Notes: a model not told the origin generated them from the letters alone. A DNA stretch of 64,000 nt from a virus (IMGVR_UViG_3300036783_000180:1-64000); one strand, 5' to 3'; counted from the first letter of the stretch, positions 1 through 9,997 are shown. A program made the numbers and translations.

Positions 1-1529
1 TCTTCTGGCAACGGTCCTAACTGAGCTTGTAATTTTTGTTGTTCCATATGAAGTTTGTATTGATTCTGTATTTGCTCTAATTGTTCATTTAGAAGTAACT
101 TCTTAACGTTCTTAGCTTCTAAGCCGAATACTTTTTCATATAATACTTCATCAGGAATCTTACCTTGTGCATTCAACTGAATCATTAATTGTTTTTGTTG
201 AATGTCATCTTGCATTTTTAATTCAGTGAATTCGATGTAAGGTAACCTCTTATCGTCACCAATCGCTTCCCAATCGCCACGTAATTTAGCTAGCCCTTTA
301 ATTAAGAACTCATTGATGTAATCCAATAGTAAATGTCTATATGTCATAAAGTTGTTCTCTAGGATACGTAGAGACGTTGTAGAGCCACTATATGAAACAC
401 CGCCGAATACGAACTCTCTTGGAACACCCATAGCAGCTAAGATTGTGTTTTGTAACTGCTCAATTTCGGGCACTAAGAGTAATGTACGACCTTGACCACC
501 ATGTTGAATCTGTTGGATTGGAATCGGCGAGATAACTTGGTAGTTCGGGTCATTTAATTGTTTTTGTAATTCGAAAGCAAAGTCATCTGCAATTTGACCG
601 AAATTAAATTCAGGAGCAAAGTTCTTTGTTTCATTAAAGAAATAGATACGTCTAGGAACGATGTGTTCGTATGCTATCGCTTCTTGTGCTTGTCTTAATA
701 CATTTGTATATAAAATCAATTTTAAAGCGTGTAGCGTAGGCGGAGTAGCCCATAAACCAGAGTCTCCAGATTCAGAAGGCATAGATAAGTGATAAACGAA
801 CTTAGAATTAAGTTTCACTAATCCTTTCTTCTCTACAGCTCTCTTAAATACATCAGGAATTGCATCGTATTTCTCTTTAGGTGCTTTTCGTTTGATAATC
901 GATTTTAGTTCAGGCGGAACGTCATAGTAATAGTTTTTCTCTTTTGTCTTCGGATCTTTATCGATACGAACACGAGTTACATCTAATCGCTCTACACTTT
1001 TCCACACTAACTCTTTACGTTGTTCAATAACACCAGCTTCATTTCGGTACTCTACTGTTTTTACGCCAGGTTCAGCGAAGATAATACAGTTACCGTACAA
1101 GAAGTAGTCATAACCAATCTCGATTAAATGTTTGTACAATTTCAAGTCATCCAATTGTTGATCGTAGAACTCGAACAAATCGCTTCGTTGATCCATTTCC
1201 AGTTCTTCTGATTCTTCCGCCTCTTCCGAGTCGTTCATTACATAGTCAGTGATAGGGAATGTTGCCAGTGCCCTAACAGCAGGACCAACTAAAGAATCAA
1301 ATTTGAAGAAGTAACGACACCATTTAAAAATATCGCGATAATCATCAGGGATTTGGAAGTCACTTAACGTTAAGAATGACGAACGATAAGCACGATAAGA
1401 TGTGTTGCTCATTTCCGAACTCGGAGATGCTGTTTTTACCATGCCACCTTCTCGGCCTAGTACAGAATCAGTTAATTTATTCATTTCCTTCCTAAGTCGT
1501 TCTTTTGTAGCATCATCTAGATTCGTCAT
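1..1529 (-). CDS. Portal protein (3' end runs off window start)
   Basis: Absent from the ORF track because it is truncated. ATG at 1529 reads MTNLDDATKE...IFKWCRYFFKFDSLVGPAVRALATFPITDY..., and the same frame is open at the window edge (...QAQLGPLPE). The WCRYF..D.LV..AV..LA.FP N-terminus and position in the terminase/head module fit a portal. Confidence 0.75.
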   Translation of the reverse strand, partial: MTNLDDATKERLRKEMNKLTDSVLGREGGMVKTASPSSEMSNTSYRAYRSSFLTLSDFQIPDDYRDIFKWCRYFFKFDSLVGPAVRALATFPITDYVMNDSEEAEESEELEMDQRSDLFEFYDQQLDDLKLYKHLIEIGYDYFLYGNCIIFAEPGVKTVEYRNEAGVIEQRKELVWKSVERLDVTRVRIDKDPKTKEKNYYYDVPPELKSIIKRKAPKEKYDAIPDVFKRAVEKKGLVKLNSKFVYHLSMPSESGDSGLWATPPTLHALKLILYTNVLRQAQEAIAYEHIVPRRIYFFNETKNFAPEFNFGQIADDFAFELQKQLNDPNYQVISPIPIQQIQHGGQGRTLLLVPEIEQLQNTILAAMGVPREFVFGGVSYSGSTTSLRILENNFMTYRHLLLDYINEFLIKGLAKLRGDWEAIGDDKRLPYIEFTELKMQDDIQQKQLMIQLNAQGKIPDEVLYEKVFGLEAKNVKKLLLNEQLEQIQNQYKLHMEQQKLQAQLGPLPE

Positions 1530-1531
1530 TA

Positions 1532-3361
1532 TTATTCACCTGCCTTTTCATCCGCTTCTAGTTTTAACATAGTCGCTTCGAAATCATCACGTTTTAACTC
1601 TAGGTACATTGCACCAAAGAATTGACGTCGAACGGTTTCGCTAGCTACGTTTAATACGATTTCTCTTTTTGACTCAGGAGCCAAGTCGATAATATGTTGA
1701 TTGTTTAAGATCTTCTTAATGTTTCCAATGAAATCTCCACCGTCAGCGATATGTTCTGCGAAGTTACGTACAACCTTATCAGCGCAAGTAATGATAGATT
1801 CTGTGAATCGGTGATGCAAGTTAATAACATCTTCTTCTTCAATATTCTTAGAATCTAAGTCTTTCCATTTACGCATTAGGTAACCATTCACCGTTTTAAA
1901 GAACTCGCGCTCCCCCTCTTTTGTCTCATCATATAGTTGATCAGAAACAAAACGGATATCATCTTGATAAAGTTCTTCTGCAACATACTCCGCAATTGAA
2001 ACAGGGAAATCTAAGTACACATCATCATCTAGGTATGCTTGTGCGATTTCTAAACCAAACATAATTTCTTCGAAAGTAACATTACCTTGGAACTCTTCAA
2101 AATAAACTTCTTTGTTGCTCATAATTCGAACGAACTTTTCGAATAAAAATGATGTATCGAACACACTACTGTTTGTACTAGACATAGCATGCAACATAGC
2201 TATCTTTTGAAGAGAAATACTAGATAAACCTTTTTCTAATTTGAAATCAATTTCGATTTGCTTTACAAGCGCTTCTAATTCGTAGTCAACCCAATTCTTC
2301 CCGTACTTGTTAGAAAGCACTCTATCGTACACAAGTGGGTGCACGTTGCCATCCTCGAATAACTTGATATCACCCTTTTCAGGTAATTCCTCCGTTAATT
2401 CTTCTACAACTTCTTCTAAGGAAGCGGCAGTCTTTTCTGTTGGTTCTTTTTGTTCTTTTCTGTACAAAGCACCATTTAAATCTGACGTTTCTTTAGCCTT
2501 GTCGTTAAATACACCAAAGAAGTAATCTTTGTCTTTTGTTTGGAACGCTTCATATGAAGGTTCATCCATTTGCATAATAGACATTTGCTCTAGCAGTTGA
2601 CCTTTATATAAGAATACAACTCTATCAGGTAAGAATCCGATTTTAACATTCGCTTTCAAATCACCTAAATCTAATGAGTTAGCTTGATCACGTTTAAAAT
2701 AGTCAAAGATTCCTGCAACTTTTTCAATAGCGTCCATTTCAGTTGCGTATCTATCAAACGGACGAAGAGAATCAAAGTTAAGCGGGATTTCAAAATCACC
2801 AAAACCTGCTAACTTTTTATTCAAATCACTCGCTACCTTTTCGAATGACTCTTCTTCCACACCTAACAATTGTGATTGATGTGTTACGTAGCCAGCTTCT
2901 TTTAATTGAGTAGCACCATTAGCTTGTAAGAGGTTTTGAGAGAATACTTGTTCAGCCATTTGTAATTCCATGTTAATTTTATTCATTAACAATTGTTTAA
3001 AGTATTCACCATTCTTTTTAACGAAAGCTTCTCGCATTGTTGGAGACATTTCATTAACTTTAATGATTTCGAATACTTGTCCATTCACACTGAAAATTAC
3101 ATTGATTGGTGTGAAAACAATCTTCAGGTTGTTTAGTAAATCTTGAACTTGCTTGTATGATCCGTTCTCGATACTTGGCTTTGGCTCTGCATTTTCTTTT
3201 TCACTCTGATATTTTTTAGTAGCTATATAACTACCTGCAATTGCTCCTGTAACAGTGGCTGGGTCTACATTCACTTGGAACGCTACTTTCTCCGTCAGCT
3301 CTGCGAATACACGAGACGCTTCTTTAAATTCAAATTTATCAATTGTTATCAAACCGTTCAC
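1532..3361 (-). CDS. Head-module protein with internal duplicated domain and K-x-A motifs
   Basis: 609 aa, directly upstream of portal. Duplicated ~55-aa unit (NLKIVFTPINVIFSVNGQ... / NVKIGFLPDRVVFLYKGQ...). Motifs FKEAS, EKVAF, LKEAG, EKVAS, EKVAG, EKTAA. Confidence 0.6.
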   Translation of the reverse strand: MNGLITIDKFEFKEASRVFAELTEKVAFQVNVDPATVTGAIAGSYIATKKYQSEKENAEPKPSIENGSYKQVQDLLNNLKIVFTPINVIFSVNGQVFEIIKVNEMSPTMREAFVKKNGEYFKQLLMNKINMELQMAEQVFSQNLLQANGATQLKEAGYVTHQSQLLGVEEESFEKVASDLNKKLAGFGDFEIPLNFDSLRPFDRYATEMDAIEKVAGIFDYFKRDQANSLDLGDLKANVKIGFLPDRVVFLYKGQLLEQMSIMQMDEPSYEAFQTKDKDYFFGVFNDKAKETSDLNGALYRKEQKEPTEKTAASLEEVVEELTEELPEKGDIKLFEDGNVHPLVYDRVLSNKYGKNWVDYELEALVKQIEIDFKLEKGLSSISLQKIAMLHAMSSTNSSVFDTSFLFEKFVRIMSNKEVYFEEFQGNVTFEEIMFGLEIAQAYLDDDVYLDFPVSIAEYVAEELYQDDIRFVSDQLYDETKEGEREFFKTVNGYLMRKWKDLDSKNIEEEDVINLHHRFTESIITCADKVVRNFAEHIADGGDFIGNIKKILNNQHIIDLAPESKREIVLNVASETVRRQFFGAMYLELKRDDFEATMLKLEADEKAGE

Positions 3362-3407
3362 CCGCTTTATGTTATTTTTGTTCTGTCTTCATTTTAGCAG
3401 AAGAAAC

Positions 3408-3439
3408 AACAAAAAGGCACTCTATAGCGCCTTTTTGTT
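3408..3439 (-). terminator. Intrinsic terminator-like hairpin after WYL genes
   Basis: ACAAAAAGGCAC-TCTATA-GCGCCTTTTTGT inverted repeat, with a U-tract on the minus strand. Confidence 0.6.
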
Positions 3440-3770
3440 ATTCTAACGTAGCTGACTCGTAATCACCAAAACAATAATTACCAATCATATAATCATAGAT
3501 TGTTGATGCGGTTTTTTCTAAACTATCACTTATTTTGATAGGATACTTCGGCATAAACGTGTATTGAGTTTCTTTCACAGAACCCATTTTATTAATGTCA
3601 AAACGCCTTATCCCTTTTCGTTTTCTACAATAAGCGAATAGATGGTTACCACGTATTTCATATGGCTCTATGTTTCGTATACTGTCGTCGTCCTTTCGGT
3701 CAGTATACGAAACACGAAGCACCTTTTTATTTTCCGCTGCTTTTCGTATCGTTTTTAACTTGTCCTCCAT
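3438..3770 (-). CDS. Stand-alone WYL-domain protein 2
   Basis: Start moved to ATG 3770 (AAGGAG RBS). RNIEPYEIRGNHLFAYCRKRKGIRRFDINKM matches the WYL core pattern (R.vePy.l....YL.ayc..r...R.Frldri). Confidence 0.8.
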   Translation of the reverse strand: MEDKLKTIRKAAENKKVLRVSYTDRKDDDSIRNIEPYEIRGNHLFAYCRKRKGIRRFDINKMGSVKETQYTFMPKYPIKISDSLEKTASTIYDYMIGNYCFGDYESATLE

Positions 3771-4017
3771 GAAGTTGTACTCCTTCAATTGTAATTGGGA
3801 AACGAGGTTCGAAGTCCATATTTGTTTCCGTAACACTAGTAATACGATCTAAATTGAAAGCACGAATTGAATTTCGTGTACGGCAATAAGCAAATAACTT
3901 ACCATTTTTAATTTCATATGGTTCAACAGTTCTTATAGAAACTTGCTCTTTCGCATCTTTATAAGAGATACTAATTAATTTTTTGTTAGTCATGCCACTT
4001 TCGATTTGTTTAATCAT
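3727..4017 (-). CDS. Stand-alone WYL-domain protein 1
   Basis: RTVEPYEIKNGKLFAYCRTRNSIRAFNLDRI WYL core. Paralogue of the adjacent gene. Start 4017 chosen by RBS spacing (4029 also possible). Confidence 0.8.
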   Translation of the reverse strand: MIKQIESGMTNKKLISISYKDAKEQVSIRTVEPYEIKNGKLFAYCRTRNSIRAFNLDRITSVTETNMDFEPRFPITIEGVQLHGGQVKNDTKSSGK

Positions 4018-5344
4018 TTTTCTTATCATCCTTTTTTAATGAACTTAAAGCTCCACCCACTGCACCAACACCAGCTAAACCGCCAATCCCTTTCATACGA
4101 GCCGTGGCTACATCATCTTTAACGCCTTCTAACTTTGCTTGGTCTTTACGCTTTAGTAGATTTGCTTCACTATCAAGTAATTCTCGATGGAAAAAGTCTT
4201 TTCCTGCTTTGTATGGCATTGCCTTAGAACCTTCAACAACTAAGTTACCGTAACGATCTTTGACTACATCATTTAAGTTTTGTCCTTTTAATGTTTTTGC
4301 CGCTTCGTCTCGGTAGTTAACTGTTTGCCCACTAATACGTCTTTCCAATTCAGTAACTTCGCTACCGCGTCCTCCTACATTTTTAAGGAAGTTCGAAATG
4401 CTAGCAGTCTTTTGTAAGTCTTTATATTTCGGAAGCATACTCAAACTCGTATTACGTGTAGCATGTGAAGTGTTATCCTCTTGACCTTCTTGACCTAACT
4501 CAATAATAATACGAGAATTTTTAGGTTTCGGATCCTTATGTTCTTCTTTCTTTTGTTGCTTATCATTTAAGAATTTTGCAGTACCTAGAGATACACCAGT
4601 ATAACCGACACCTGTAGCAATCGCTTTTGGTGTATTACCTGCTGCACCCGCTAAACCATCGTAAATTTCACGAACACCAGCACTTTTCATCATACTGCCA
4701 GCTAAGTTAAAGCTTTTTTCTTTATTTTTGTTTTTCTCGTTGTTGTTTAGTTTTTTATCTAATGAGTGGAAAAGAGTCACACCAGCACCTAATCCAAGAC
4801 CTGTTGCGGTACCACCTAAGAAATTACCTTTCGCTTGTTCAAAAGGACCATCTTTCTTCTTTTGGTTACCGTAATTAGTCGTGGCTTTCTTTGTTCTAAT
4901 TTGTTCCATTTCAATATCTAACTGATCTTGAGTCGGACTTTCAATACCACGTGCTTTTAAATTACGATTCGCTTCGTTATAGATACGCTCTTTTAATTTA
5001 TCATTTTCAAGCGTAGCGTTATATTTCTTACTAAGCGTTTCTAATTTAACTTCTTCTAGTTTTTTTGCTTCGTTTTTTAAATTTCGTGCACTTTTTTTAC
5101 CAACACCGAACAAAAACTTTTGTCCAGTTGTTCCTTTTTTACCGATATAACGGTTCAGGCCACCACCTACTGCCTTGATAGCGTCCTTCCCACCGTTAAT
5201 GAAAGAAGTTGGTTTACCTTTGATAATCGTATCTGCTGCACCTGCTAATACAGCTGCACCTAATGCTAATTCCACCGACGTTCGTTTCCATGAATCAGAG
5301 AATGACATTTCATCTTCTCTAGAACGTTTTTGGTTGTCTTCCAT
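4010..5344 (-). CDS. Putative internal head/ejection protein with Gly-rich hydrophobic helices
   Basis: Start 5344 (GAGGTG RBS). Several glycine-zipper-like segments (GGTATGLGLGAGVTLF; GIGGLAGVGAVGGAL). Motifs MMKSAG, LQKTAS. Confidence 0.5.
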   Translation of the reverse strand: MEDNQKRSREDEMSFSDSWKRTSVELALGAAVLAGAADTIIKGKPTSFINGGKDAIKAVGGGLNRYIGKKGTTGQKFLFGVGKKSARNLKNEAKKLEEVKLETLSKKYNATLENDKLKERIYNEANRNLKARGIESPTQDQLDIEMEQIRTKKATTNYGNQKKKDGPFEQAKGNFLGGTATGLGLGAGVTLFHSLDKKLNNNEKNKNKEKSFNLAGSMMKSAGVREIYDGLAGAAGNTPKAIATGVGYTGVSLGTAKFLNDKQQKKEEHKDPKPKNSRIIIELGQEGQEDNTSHATRNTSLSMLPKYKDLQKTASISNFLKNVGGRGSEVTELERRISGQTVNYRDEAAKTLKGQNLNDVVKDRYGNLVVEGSKAMPYKAGKDFFHRELLDSEANLLKRKDQAKLEGVKDDVATARMKGIGGLAGVGAVGGALSSLKKDDKKND

Positions 5345-5354
5345 ACTAAACACC

Positions 5355-5558
5355 TCATCTTTCATTATATGGAGAATTTACCTTCAACTCTCCGCTCTTA
5401 ACAGGATTAACCTTTCCTTTATTAGTATAATTCATTTTCTTACTAAAAAGATTAGGTTGTGTAGATTGTTTTGGTTTTGGATAATCTTTTGTTTGAGTGC
5501 CACTAACTTGTATATCGAATTGCGCTTGCTTATATAAAGCCTTAATTACATTATACAT
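5355..5558 (-). CDS. Small hypothetical head-module protein
   Basis: 67 aa, AGGAG RBS upstream, LYKQA motif. Confidence 0.5.
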   Translation of the reverse strand: MYNVIKALYKQAQFDIQVSGTQTKDYPKPKQSTQPNLFSKKMNYTNKGKVNPVKSGELKVNSPYNER

Positions 5559-5576
5559 TCAAATCAACTCCTATAT

Positions 5577-5611
5577 AAAAAAGGTAAGCATCACAATGAT
5601 GCTTACCTTTT
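5577..5611 (-). terminator. Intrinsic terminator
   Basis: AAAAGGTAAGCATCA-CAA-TGATGCTTACCTTTT perfect stem with flanking A/T tracts, downstream of the 598-aa gene. Confidence 0.75.
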
Positions 5612-5630
5612 CGTTTTGTAATGCTTTTTA

Positions 5631-7427
5631 TTATTTAGTGTATTGAGCGATAACAGCTACAGCTTCATTCCAAGACTTTTCAGCAGCTTGTTTAACCATT
5701 ACAGCTTCTTCTACGATTTCAGAAGCAGTTTTATCTACATTGTATTTAGCGGGGTTGTTAACTACATTGTAACCACCTGTTTCACCAACTAAACCGCCGC
5801 CTACTTTACCAGGACCGTCAGTGTCGCCAACGTATTCACGTCCTGCACCTTCAGTTTCTTCTTTGTCTTTTTTGATTGTAGCTTCAACGTTAGCATGAGC
5901 ATCAGTTAATGCACCTGCAACACCTTTAGCTGCAACTCCACCTGCATCTGCAACTTTTTCAAGAACTTCAGCAGTAGACATTTCGTTGTAAGACATAATG
6001 CCAGCAAGTTTATTAAGAATCATTTCTGTATGTTGACCAGCAACGATTTCTTTTAATTGATCTTCAGAATAAATTTCTGTAGCAACTTTTTCGAATGCGT
6101 TTAACATATCAGTACGTCCCATTGACGCAATTGAATCGAAGCGATCAGAAGCTTCTTTCTGCATTTCGATACCAGCATTTTCGTCATTTGCAATTGCTAC
6201 TAGACCAGCAGCACCCGCAGTTTTTAAAAAGTCTTTCACTAATTGTTTTGTATTAGCCATTTTTTCCGAACCTCCAATAATTTGTTTTTGATTTCCTGAC
6301 TCTAGTGTATCATTAGCGTTTTCTTCATTCAACTCTTCTTTGTTTTTATAAGCATTATATAATGCTTTTCCACCTGCATAAGCGCCTGCACCCGCTAAAC
6401 CTACACCAGCGATAACGCCAGCTCGACCTTTTTGTTGCTTGCGCTCTAAAGCAGTTAATGTATCCATAGCAGCAGATTGTTCTGCGACTTTACCTTCGTA
6501 ACCACCAGGAACAAAGTTACTCATAACAGCGTTGTTTGCTTCGTTTTTAGCTACATCATATGCAGCTTGTGCTTTTTCGATTTCTTCGCCAATACCTTTC
6601 ATATTAGCAACAGAATCTACGAAGTTAGAAACAGACTTGATAACTTTACCTGAGAAACTTTCACCTTCATCGGCAGTTTTCTCAATAGGGTTAGCATCAA
6701 TGAACTCCGAAAGTTTCGTCAGAACAAATGAAATACCATCCGGAGAATGTAATTCAGATAATTGCTCATCAGTGCCAAATAATTCACTAGCTGACTTTTC
6801 AATTACTGCAACGTAAGAGTCAAAATCCGTCATCGCTGTAGTTAATCGGTCAGATGCTTCCTTTTGGATGTATTCTGGATAAAAACCAGAAGTCGCTAAT
6901 TCAGCTAACTTCGCAATTGCACCATACTCAGGTAATTGAGCCGCAATTTCCGGAGATAATTGTTCCGGAGCGATTGGATCGGCCACAATTGGAGTAGGTT
7001 CGAATTGCTCTAATACAGGAACAGGCGGCACTTCTCCCGGAACTGCCGGAGTCGATTCTTGAGCAACAATATTTTCAGCCGCCGCCATAATCTCCGCTTG
7101 TTGCTGTTGTTCTAACGCAACTTGTGCTTCCACTTGCTCTGCTTGAGCTTGAGCGGCTTGAGCCGCTTCCGCTTCTGCTTGAGCTTGAGCGTTCGCTTGC
7201 GCAACTTCCTCTTCTCCCGGCATTGCTTGAGCACCTACTTGTGCAGCTTCTGCTTCCGCTTGAGCTTGAGCTCCTTCTTGTTCAGCGATAGATTGTGCTT
7301 TAGCAGCATCTACCTCTTCTGGAGAAATAACAGCAGTCGGATCAGGATTCATTGGTTCATCAACCACTGCCGCTTGATCTCCAGCAAGTTTCAATAATTG
7401 CGCATGAAACGGGTTATTATTTAACAT
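5631..7427 (-). CDS. Putative scaffold/inner-head protein
   Basis: 598 aa, acidic, Ala/Gln/Pro-rich N-terminus, about a dozen K-x-A motifs, internal repeat (QKEASDR...EKSASELF / QKEASDR...EKVATEIY). Confidence 0.55.
   Translation of the reverse strand: MLNNNPFHAQLLKLAGDQAAVVDEPMNPDPTAVISPEEVDAAKAQSIAEQEGAQAQAEAEAAQVGAQAMPGEEEVAQANAQAQAEAEAAQAAQAQAEQVEAQVALEQQQQAEIMAAAENIVAQESTPAVPGEVPPVPVLEQFEPTPIVADPIAPEQLSPEIAAQLPEYGAIAKLAELATSGFYPEYIQKEASDRLTTAMTDFDSYVAVIEKSASELFGTDEQLSELHSPDGISFVLTKLSEFIDANPIEKTADEGESFSGKVIKSVSNFVDSVANMKGIGEEIEKAQAAYDVAKNEANNAVMSNFVPGGYEGKVAEQSAAMDTLTALERKQQKGRAGVIAGVGLAGAGAYAGGKALYNAYKNKEELNEENANDTLESGNQKQIIGGSEKMANTKQLVKDFLKTAGAAGLVAIANDENAGIEMQKEASDRFDSIASMGRTDMLNAFEKVATEIYSEDQLKEIVAGQHTEMILNKLAGIMSYNEMSTAEVLEKVADAGGVAAKGVAGALTDAHANVEATIKKDKEETEGAGREYVGDTDGPGKVGGGLVGETGGYNVVNNPAKYNVDKTASEIVEEAVMVKQAAEKSWNEAVAVIAQYTK
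6304..6332 (-). promoter_or_regulatory. Internal sigmaA-like promoter for a nested in-frame product starting at 6260
   Basis: Minus strand TTGAAT-N17-TACACT with TG extension, followed by GGAGGT (6275-6270) 9 nt before the in-frame ATG at 6260. Confidence 0.5.
7141..7272 (-). repeat. Low-complexity coding repeat (AQAQAEAEAAQ x2)
   Basis: Repeated gcttgagcttgagc DNA encoding Ala/Gln repeats. Confidence 0.6.
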
Positions 7428-7444
7428 GGATTTCCCTCTCTTTC

Positions 7445-8344
7445 CTATGCATTTAATTTCATAGATTGTTCTTGTTGTTGCTGAATACGTTTAGCAAGAC
7501 TGACTAATTGTTCGTAATCAGAAATGTTACCTGTAGGAGCAACTTTTGGTGTTTCTTTCTTGTTAGCTTTTGAATTTAAAAGACTTTGTTCTCCAAGAAC
7601 ATTACTAGCAATTTTTTGCATGCAATCCTCTTTCAAGGATACCACAAAACCATTTCTAACGCGCCCTGTTTCTGTCAATTGGACAGAAATGTCATAGCTT
7701 TTCTTTTCAATTAATTCTTGTACATCACCATCTAAATTTACATCAGATAATACAGTATTGTAAATTGTATTAGCAGTTTTATAAAGTTGTTCTGTGCGTA
7801 CTAAGCAATTTGCGAACTTGAAGATATCACTCTTCATACTAGTAGCTAAACGTTTTTGCTCTTTTTCATTCTGCATTTGTTCTGTGCGAGCACGTTTTTC
7901 CATCATACGTTGACGTCCTGCTTCGATGTTAGAGTAAGGGTTGTGAAGTGACTTCGCGCTCGCCTCTTTCTTAATCTCACCTTCTCCTGTGCCGCCTGTT
8001 ACAAAGTTAGGGTTGTCTACTTTTGGAGGTGCATCAGAACCCATAGATGATAATACATCTTCTAGGCTAGCGATTTCGTAACTTAAACGACGGTCCTTGT
8101 CTTTCTTTAATGTAGAATACTTTTTGTTGTAAGCTACCGTATTCCCCTCTTCAACTAAACGTTGAATTTGGATTTGTGTGAACTTCTCACGCTTAGAAAC
8201 ATCAGCAATTGCATCACTAAGTCGCTCACCTTTTAAAAATCGTCCAGCTACTTCGTCAGCTAATTTGAATAGTTTCTTTCTAAACTCTTGACCAGCTGAA
8301 ATTTCATTTGTGATATCTGTATTCTTTTCTCTTTTTGGAATCAC
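7445..8344 (-). CDS. Head-module protein with K-x-A motifs
   Basis: 299 aa, GGAGG RBS. Motifs FKLAD, KKEAS, EKRAR, FKFAN, YKTAN, QKIAS. Confidence 0.55.
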   Translation of the reverse strand: MIPKREKNTDITNEISAGQEFRKKLFKLADEVAGRFLKGERLSDAIADVSKREKFTQIQIQRLVEEGNTVAYNKKYSTLKKDKDRRLSYEIASLEDVLSSMGSDAPPKVDNPNFVTGGTGEGEIKKEASAKSLHNPYSNIEAGRQRMMEKRARTEQMQNEKEQKRLATSMKSDIFKFANCLVRTEQLYKTANTIYNTVLSDVNLDGDVQELIEKKSYDISVQLTETGRVRNGFVVSLKEDCMQKIASNVLGEQSLLNSKANKKETPKVAPTGNISDYEQLVSLAKRIQQQQEQSMKLNA

Positions 8345-8380
8345 ATTAAAAACCTCCTTTTTGTTTTCATTTTACCACGA

Positions 8381-9997
8381 TTATGCGCCATATGTTCCTC
8401 TGAATATTGAACCAGGGCGATTCGCATTATTACCAGTGAAATTAGAAGAATCGAATATCTTAGATGCAAACCACATATAAATACAAGCATGAACTGCATC
8501 ATCAGGAGAACTAGATGGATGTCCATAAAATAACTCTTCCGATAAACCATTCTTTGTAGCACGGTATTCAGAGTATATACCTAAGAAGTTACTTCTAATC
8601 CATTGTTCGTTCTCGTTACCGTTACCAGCAAATTCGAGTTTATGTTCGCTACAGAACTCAATGAATTCCGTCATCCAACGAGAGCGTGGAATTTTGTATT
8701 TGAATAAATCTTTCTCGTAAGAAATCATGTCTCGTTGTTTGCCGATATATTGACACTGAACAATACGACTTCCTAGCGCTTTACGTAAACGCATGTTTTC
8801 TTTTTGACCTGCACCATAGTCACATACAACTAAATTAACATTAAAAGCGTTGACCATAGACATAATGTAACTGATTTGGTAATCAGGATCTAACTCATCG
8901 CCACGTTCAAAACGTTTTGAATATAAAACCTGCATTTTTCCTTCTGTATTATAAGCCCCAATCATCAACACTGTATAACCTGTACCTTGTTGCCCTGACT
9001 TTTCACCTTCACCCCAGTCAACTCCCATGAACACAGGGACGTTAGCGAATTCAGATGCCATACCCGCTAGACTTGCATGTTGACTTTTAGTTCGGTTAGT
9101 CAATTGTTCCATTAAAGCTTCTGTAAACGGCTTATCAGCTTTCTCGTATGATCTACCAAGCACCTCATTATACAATCGGTTGATAGGATATGTTTGTATC
9201 TTGTCATAGATTGATCCAACGTCGATATCAGGAATCATCATTTGTGTAATACGGAAGCCTTTCATAGCTGCATTAGGATTACGGTGTTCCCATCTACCCA
9301 TAGCACGAACAATATCAGGTAGAACCCTTCTGCATTTTGGGTTACGACAAAGGAAAGCATTCTTAGCAACACTTTCAACACCTAAGATTTGATGCTTTCG
9401 GCAAGAAGGACATACGATAACCCAATCAGCTTGAGAAGAAATGTCCCATTGTTGTTGAATTGTATTACTAAACGTTTTAGGAGTCCCTGTTAAGAATAAA
9501 TGCTTGTTCTTAGAACGTGTTTGTGTCTCCATAATAACGGGTAGTGCTTCTACTAGAATATCCTGTACCTCATCTATGAAAATATCATCAATAGAAAGAC
9601 CACGAATGTTATCGGCTTCTTCGTAACAGTTACGTAAGTAAATCTCTGAACCATTTTTAAACTCTTTATGGAATACTTGGTTAGATAATTCAGCAGACAT
9701 ATAACGTTTACGAACTAAGTCTTTTTGACTATATCGGAATAACTTATCTAGACGACCACGACTAAATGTTTTTACCTGTTCATTCAGAGGGGCCACATAT
9801 AAAGAACGGGAGAAGTTACGTAACAATACGTTGTTCCCGATTTTAACAGATACGGTGGTAGATTTTTCTACCTGCCGTCCTGTCATTAATAACACTTTTT
9901 CTAACGAAGCGTTGTGTATTGGTTTTAGATAGTTTCGACCTTGCGTGAAGCGGAACGGACGACCTTCTAATTGATACATAGCTTCCAGAACACCCAA
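8381..9997 (-). CDS. terL: Terminase large subunit (5' end uncertain, see findings)
   Basis: Walker A-like TGRQVEKST, Walker B IFIDEVQD, coupling motif TGTP, Cys pairs CPSC/CRNPKC, nuclease motif MGVDWG and C-terminal DDAVHA. Confidence 0.9.
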   Translation of the reverse strand: MGVLEAMYQLEGRPFRFTQGRNYLKPIHNASLEKVLLMTGRQVEKSTTVSVKIGNNVLLRNFSRSLYVAPLNEQVKTFSRGRLDKLFRYSQKDLVRKRYMSAELSNQVFHKEFKNGSEIYLRNCYEEADNIRGLSIDDIFIDEVQDILVEALPVIMETQTRSKNKHLFLTGTPKTFSNTIQQQWDISSQADWVIVCPSCRKHQILGVESVAKNAFLCRNPKCRRVLPDIVRAMGRWEHRNPNAAMKGFRITQMMIPDIDVGSIYDKIQTYPINRLYNEVLGRSYEKADKPFTEALMEQLTNRTKSQHASLAGMASEFANVPVFMGVDWGEGEKSGQQGTGYTVLMIGAYNTEGKMQVLYSKRFERGDELDPDYQISYIMSMVNAFNVNLVVCDYGAGQKENMRLRKALGSRIVQCQYIGKQRDMISYEKDLFKYKIPRSRWMTEFIEFCSEHKLEFAGNGNENEQWIRSNFLGIYSEYRATKNGLSEELFYGHPSSSPDDAVHACIYMWFASKIFDSSNFTGNNANRPGSIFRGTYGA

